From the NCBI GenBank assembly GCA_051530055.1, contig CM121341.1, positions 15,540,784-15,604,783 of the forward strand: a stretch of DNA of 64,000 nt. Direction: 5' to 3'. This document shows, one piece after another, positions 60,640 through 64,000 of this stretch (position 1 is the first letter of the stretch; every line of letters begins with the position of its first letter). Under the pieces are notes generated by a model. It did no database searches, had not been told where the DNA came from, and saw nothing but the letters and a program-made list of their open reading frames with translations. The translations under genes and the position numbers were made by a program. The stretch is from Neoechinorhynchus agilis (lineage: Eukaryota; Animalia; Acanthocephala).

Positions 60640-62480
60640 CGATATATGGATGATATCCATGACATGGCCTTGTTGCTCCAAATGGTTGAGAATCGCAGAA
60701 CTTGTACCGGTGCCTTTTCTCATAGTATATTTCTGTTCTTTCGTGAGATCAAAAACAATGATAAGCTTGCTCTTTTGATAAATTTAGTCTCAAGCTCGAT
60801 CCGACGGGTTCCAATTCAATCAATTGATCAGTATATTAAAACGTTGGAATTACTCAGCAAAGACTGTTCATTTGGGGCCGTCTCAGCAGCTGAGCACAAA
60901 GAGAAATGTGTAAGGGATGCATTCGTAGCAGAATTGTATCCATCAAATATTCGACAACAGATCCTAGAGTGCTCGAATGTGAAATTGAAGGATATTTATA
61001 GCAAGGCATGATCTCTCGAGATGGCCCAAATTCAAGCTGAATGCTATTTAAAGAAAGATGCAAGCCATGGTCACGTAGTTTCAAAAACAAAGATGGTTCG
61101 CTCAATCACACCAATGACTATTCAATTTTAGTCAATCCCTTTCTTGTCCGGCTTATTTATTTAGGCATAAAGCCAAACCAATTACATCAGAGAAGTGATA
61201 TAACCACATAGTCTCTAATGCACGGTTAAGAGTTTGTACATTCCTCCGGATCCTCAGATACCTCCAGGAGGCGGGAGATGTAATTGGTTTGGCTTCATGC
61301 CTAAATAAATAAGCCGGACAAGAAAGGGATTGACTAAAATTGAATGATCATAACATACCGGCTTGCCAGTAAAACTTAAAAAAAATACACCAATGACTGA
61401 TAAGGATGCGATGAATAGATTAGTAGACCTCAACTGGAAACTATTGCAATGCTCAATCGCCGCGGCTGCAACAAAACATTGTTTTTTCTGTTCTCAATCT
61501 TGGCACCTTCGACAGAAATGTCCGGTCAAGCAAGTGATATGCCATAATTCCTCAAATGTGCATGTCGATCCCGTCGAAATAATATTGCCCGCAAAGTTAA
61601 CGCAGTGATAACGGGCGATGGAGGAACGAACTATCAAACGGCAATAAAGACAATAGAATTGCAGAGAACAAAAGTGGAGGTAAAGCTGAATGGTAAGTGA
61701 TGCACGGGCCTTTTGGATACCGTAAGTTCGGAAAACTTGATTAACAGCTAGTTGGCAATTTTGCTACAGTCAAGATTGAATCCATACATCAAAACGTTCA
61801 GAGGAAAACTGGTCATTCGTCGCAAACGTCGAAGTCGATAACTGTAAATATGAACAAGTACGTTTCCTTTGCCTGGATAACCTAGAATTGATAACAATCA
61901 ACTTTGATGAAAAACGTCCAGTTATGGTCGTAAGTATGTTAAAATCGTTAAAAATCGAATGTCTAAGATAATTCTCGAATCTAACCGAAGATGCTATAGC
62001 GACCAAATCACGACGAAGCAGAAATCGAGATATTGTTAAACGAAAACATAATCGAATCGAGCCAGTCTCCCAAAAGGGTAACGTAGTTTTTTCTACAAAT
62101 AGCAAAGGAAAGTCACGACTGGCCAGACGGTAAATAGCTATACAGCATTAGATGCATACCCACTCCCTCGGATCGATGCTCTTGTCCAAACGGTTTCGAA
62201 ATATAAATTCTATAACAAGGTAGATTTGAAGGCAGTATATCATCAACTTTAATTATAGTCTTTTTATTGCCTTCGAAGCAAATGGAAAATTATACCATTT
62301 CCTCAGGGTACCATTCGGTCTCATTAACGGACCAGCAGTTTTTAAGTAAGCGATCGATCAGATTATATAAAATGCGAGCCAAGATGTTTTCGCGCATCTC
62401 AATGATATCGTAGTTTGCGGAAACACCATTGAGGAACACGATGTTAATATGTATCGATTCCTAAATGTAACCAGAACAAG
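60640..62480 (+). mobile_element. Degraded Ty3/Gypsy LTR retrotransposon (gag, zinc knuckle, protease, RT start)
   Basis: SIDQYIKTLELLSKDC.F...RDAF...IRQQILE; CFFC...H.RQKCP; LLDTVSSENLI; DAYPLPRID, DLKAVYHQ, VPFGL.NGPAVF. Confidence 0.88.
61120..61386. mobile_element. Foldback insertion in Gypsy gag: 69-bp inverted repeats, A-rich end, 12-bp flanking direct repeat
   Basis: 61120-61188 mirrors 61277-61345 (1 mismatch); ACACCAATGACT at 61108-61119 and 61387-61398. Confidence 0.85.
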
Positions 62481-62499
62481 TGGAATAAATTGAGCTGAT

Positions 62500-64000
62500 G
62501 TGGGTCCTTTATTCCACTTTCACAACACGCTTACACTCAATGTTTTTGCAATTTAACATTCCAGTGGAAGGTGGCGAAGTGCCACCGCCAAATTCAATGC
62601 CTCCAGATCCTCCAAATGAAGATGTGGGTGTTGTCGGCGAAGATAAAGGGGCTCCTGTCTCTCCTGTCGATAACGGCATGTCTGTTCGTCCTTCCAATTC
62701 TCTTCGCATCTCCCTGCCCTCTGATCACATTTCCCTCCATTCTTTTCACTAACATAAGAAGTCTGTTACATAAAATAGATCATATTTCGCTTTTAGTCAC
62801 TACCATCAACGCAGATTCCGACATCGCCTTGAACCTTGCTACACTTCTTTTCACTCTTACAGCGACGAACGCGTGGGAGGTGGTCTCCGTTTCATTCGGT
62901 CCGACCTCCCTTACTCCTCTCCAATTCAACTCGTTACCAATCACCATACTTAGAGTACATCTGCATAACACTCGCCAAAACTTCGTTCAGGCCGCCGCAA
63001 TTTAACCATTATCGGTATTTATCGTTTTCCCTCAGTCAATCTACAAATGGCATCACAGGAGATTGATGCAATGATAGCAGATTTTCATTCTCTTGATCTT
63101 GAACATCTAATCATTCTTGGTGATGTCAATAATCTTCCTACATCACTATCTCTCCTTGACTTCGCAAAGTTAGCAAAATTTCCCACCCGCCAGAACTCAC
63201 ATCGTGATAAAATCTTTTCTAACTTCCACAAAGACAAGGGTGCTAAAAACTAATTCCAATCTCTTCCCCAGAACCATTGCGCAATAATCCTTTCTCCCTC
63301 CGCTCCTCCTCAACGTGTCCGGTCATCCTCCTTTACGGTCTGGGATAAGAGTGATCAACACATATTCACATTTACCAAATTAGTCTCGTGTAATCTATCT
63401 TCACACAGAAAATCTATTTTTCACCCGAAGTCCCCTTTGAAAATGCCCCAAATAAAAGCAATTAGTTTATACCACGCATGCTATCCTGATTTTCCTCGCC
63501 TTCAATCCACTCTTGCGCATCACATTCTCAATTCGCGCACGACCTTTCTTGCACATAAACTCGCATCCGGTTTGAAAACACGAAAAACGCCCTATGTATC
63601 GAAAGGCAAAACCCCTTCTCTAACTTCTCAAACTCCGACCTCATTGCTACACTAAATCCTATCAATGCGCAACTTTGTGGCTCTCACTCAGCTTCTATCG
63701 CTTGACCCCCAATGATTTCCACGTATGATATCCTCATGCTCCTTCGGAAACTACCACGCAAATCATCCTCTAACTCTCCCATTCCCAACTGGGCTCTACG
63801 CTTTATTATAGCAGATTTAATTGATCCATTTACCCATATAATCAACCAAAGTTTCAAGACCGGCATCTTACCTAATTGCCTTAAAACAGCTCGGGTAACC
63901 CAGCTCTCGAAAGCAGCTAAACTTATATCCACCTCAAGTTTTCGACCGCAGGTCTTCTGATGATCGGCATTAGAGAGATGTTTTAAAGCACACTTTCTGC
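62500..64000 (+). mobile_element. Degraded CR1/L2-like LINE, runs off the window
   Basis: FTNIRSLLHKID, LIILGDVN, YDILMLLRKLPRKSSS, PFTHIINQSF..G..P..LKTA.V; related to 700-3130. Confidence 0.85.

Overview
AT-rich eukaryotic DNA, most likely from a compact-genome animal (UQCC2, perilipin, claudin-like and agrin-NtA-like genes; canonical introns mostly 40-55 nt). Host genes I can support: perilipin-like, UQCC2, two intronless HEPN-domain paralogues (one with a matrin/U1-type zinc finger), a PDCD4/MA3-like relic, SCAF4/8, SFT2-like, claudin-like, a divergent alpha-tubulin with an RFX X-box, a GPI-anchored NtA-like protein, a probably mitochondrial ValRS (plus a partial duplicate), YRDC, FIS1 and ATG101. 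Between them lies much decayed mobile DNA: nine CRE-type (RLE) non-LTR remnants, two related I/Jockey-like LINEs, two CR1/L2-like LINEs, an RTE, a Penelope-like element, a Gypsy element and several foldback/MITE families. The best candidate for a new system is the tandem pair of HEPN RNase-like genes (intact RNSVVH motif in both, zinc finger in only one). Secondary leads are two short D-box proteins, splice acceptors directly before many ATGs (possible trans-splicing/operons) and a family of palindromic insertions. Several housekeeping genes have single-base frame breaks and one has a pure G/T tract, so assembly error must be excluded first. All family assignments come from recalled motifs; no searches were run.
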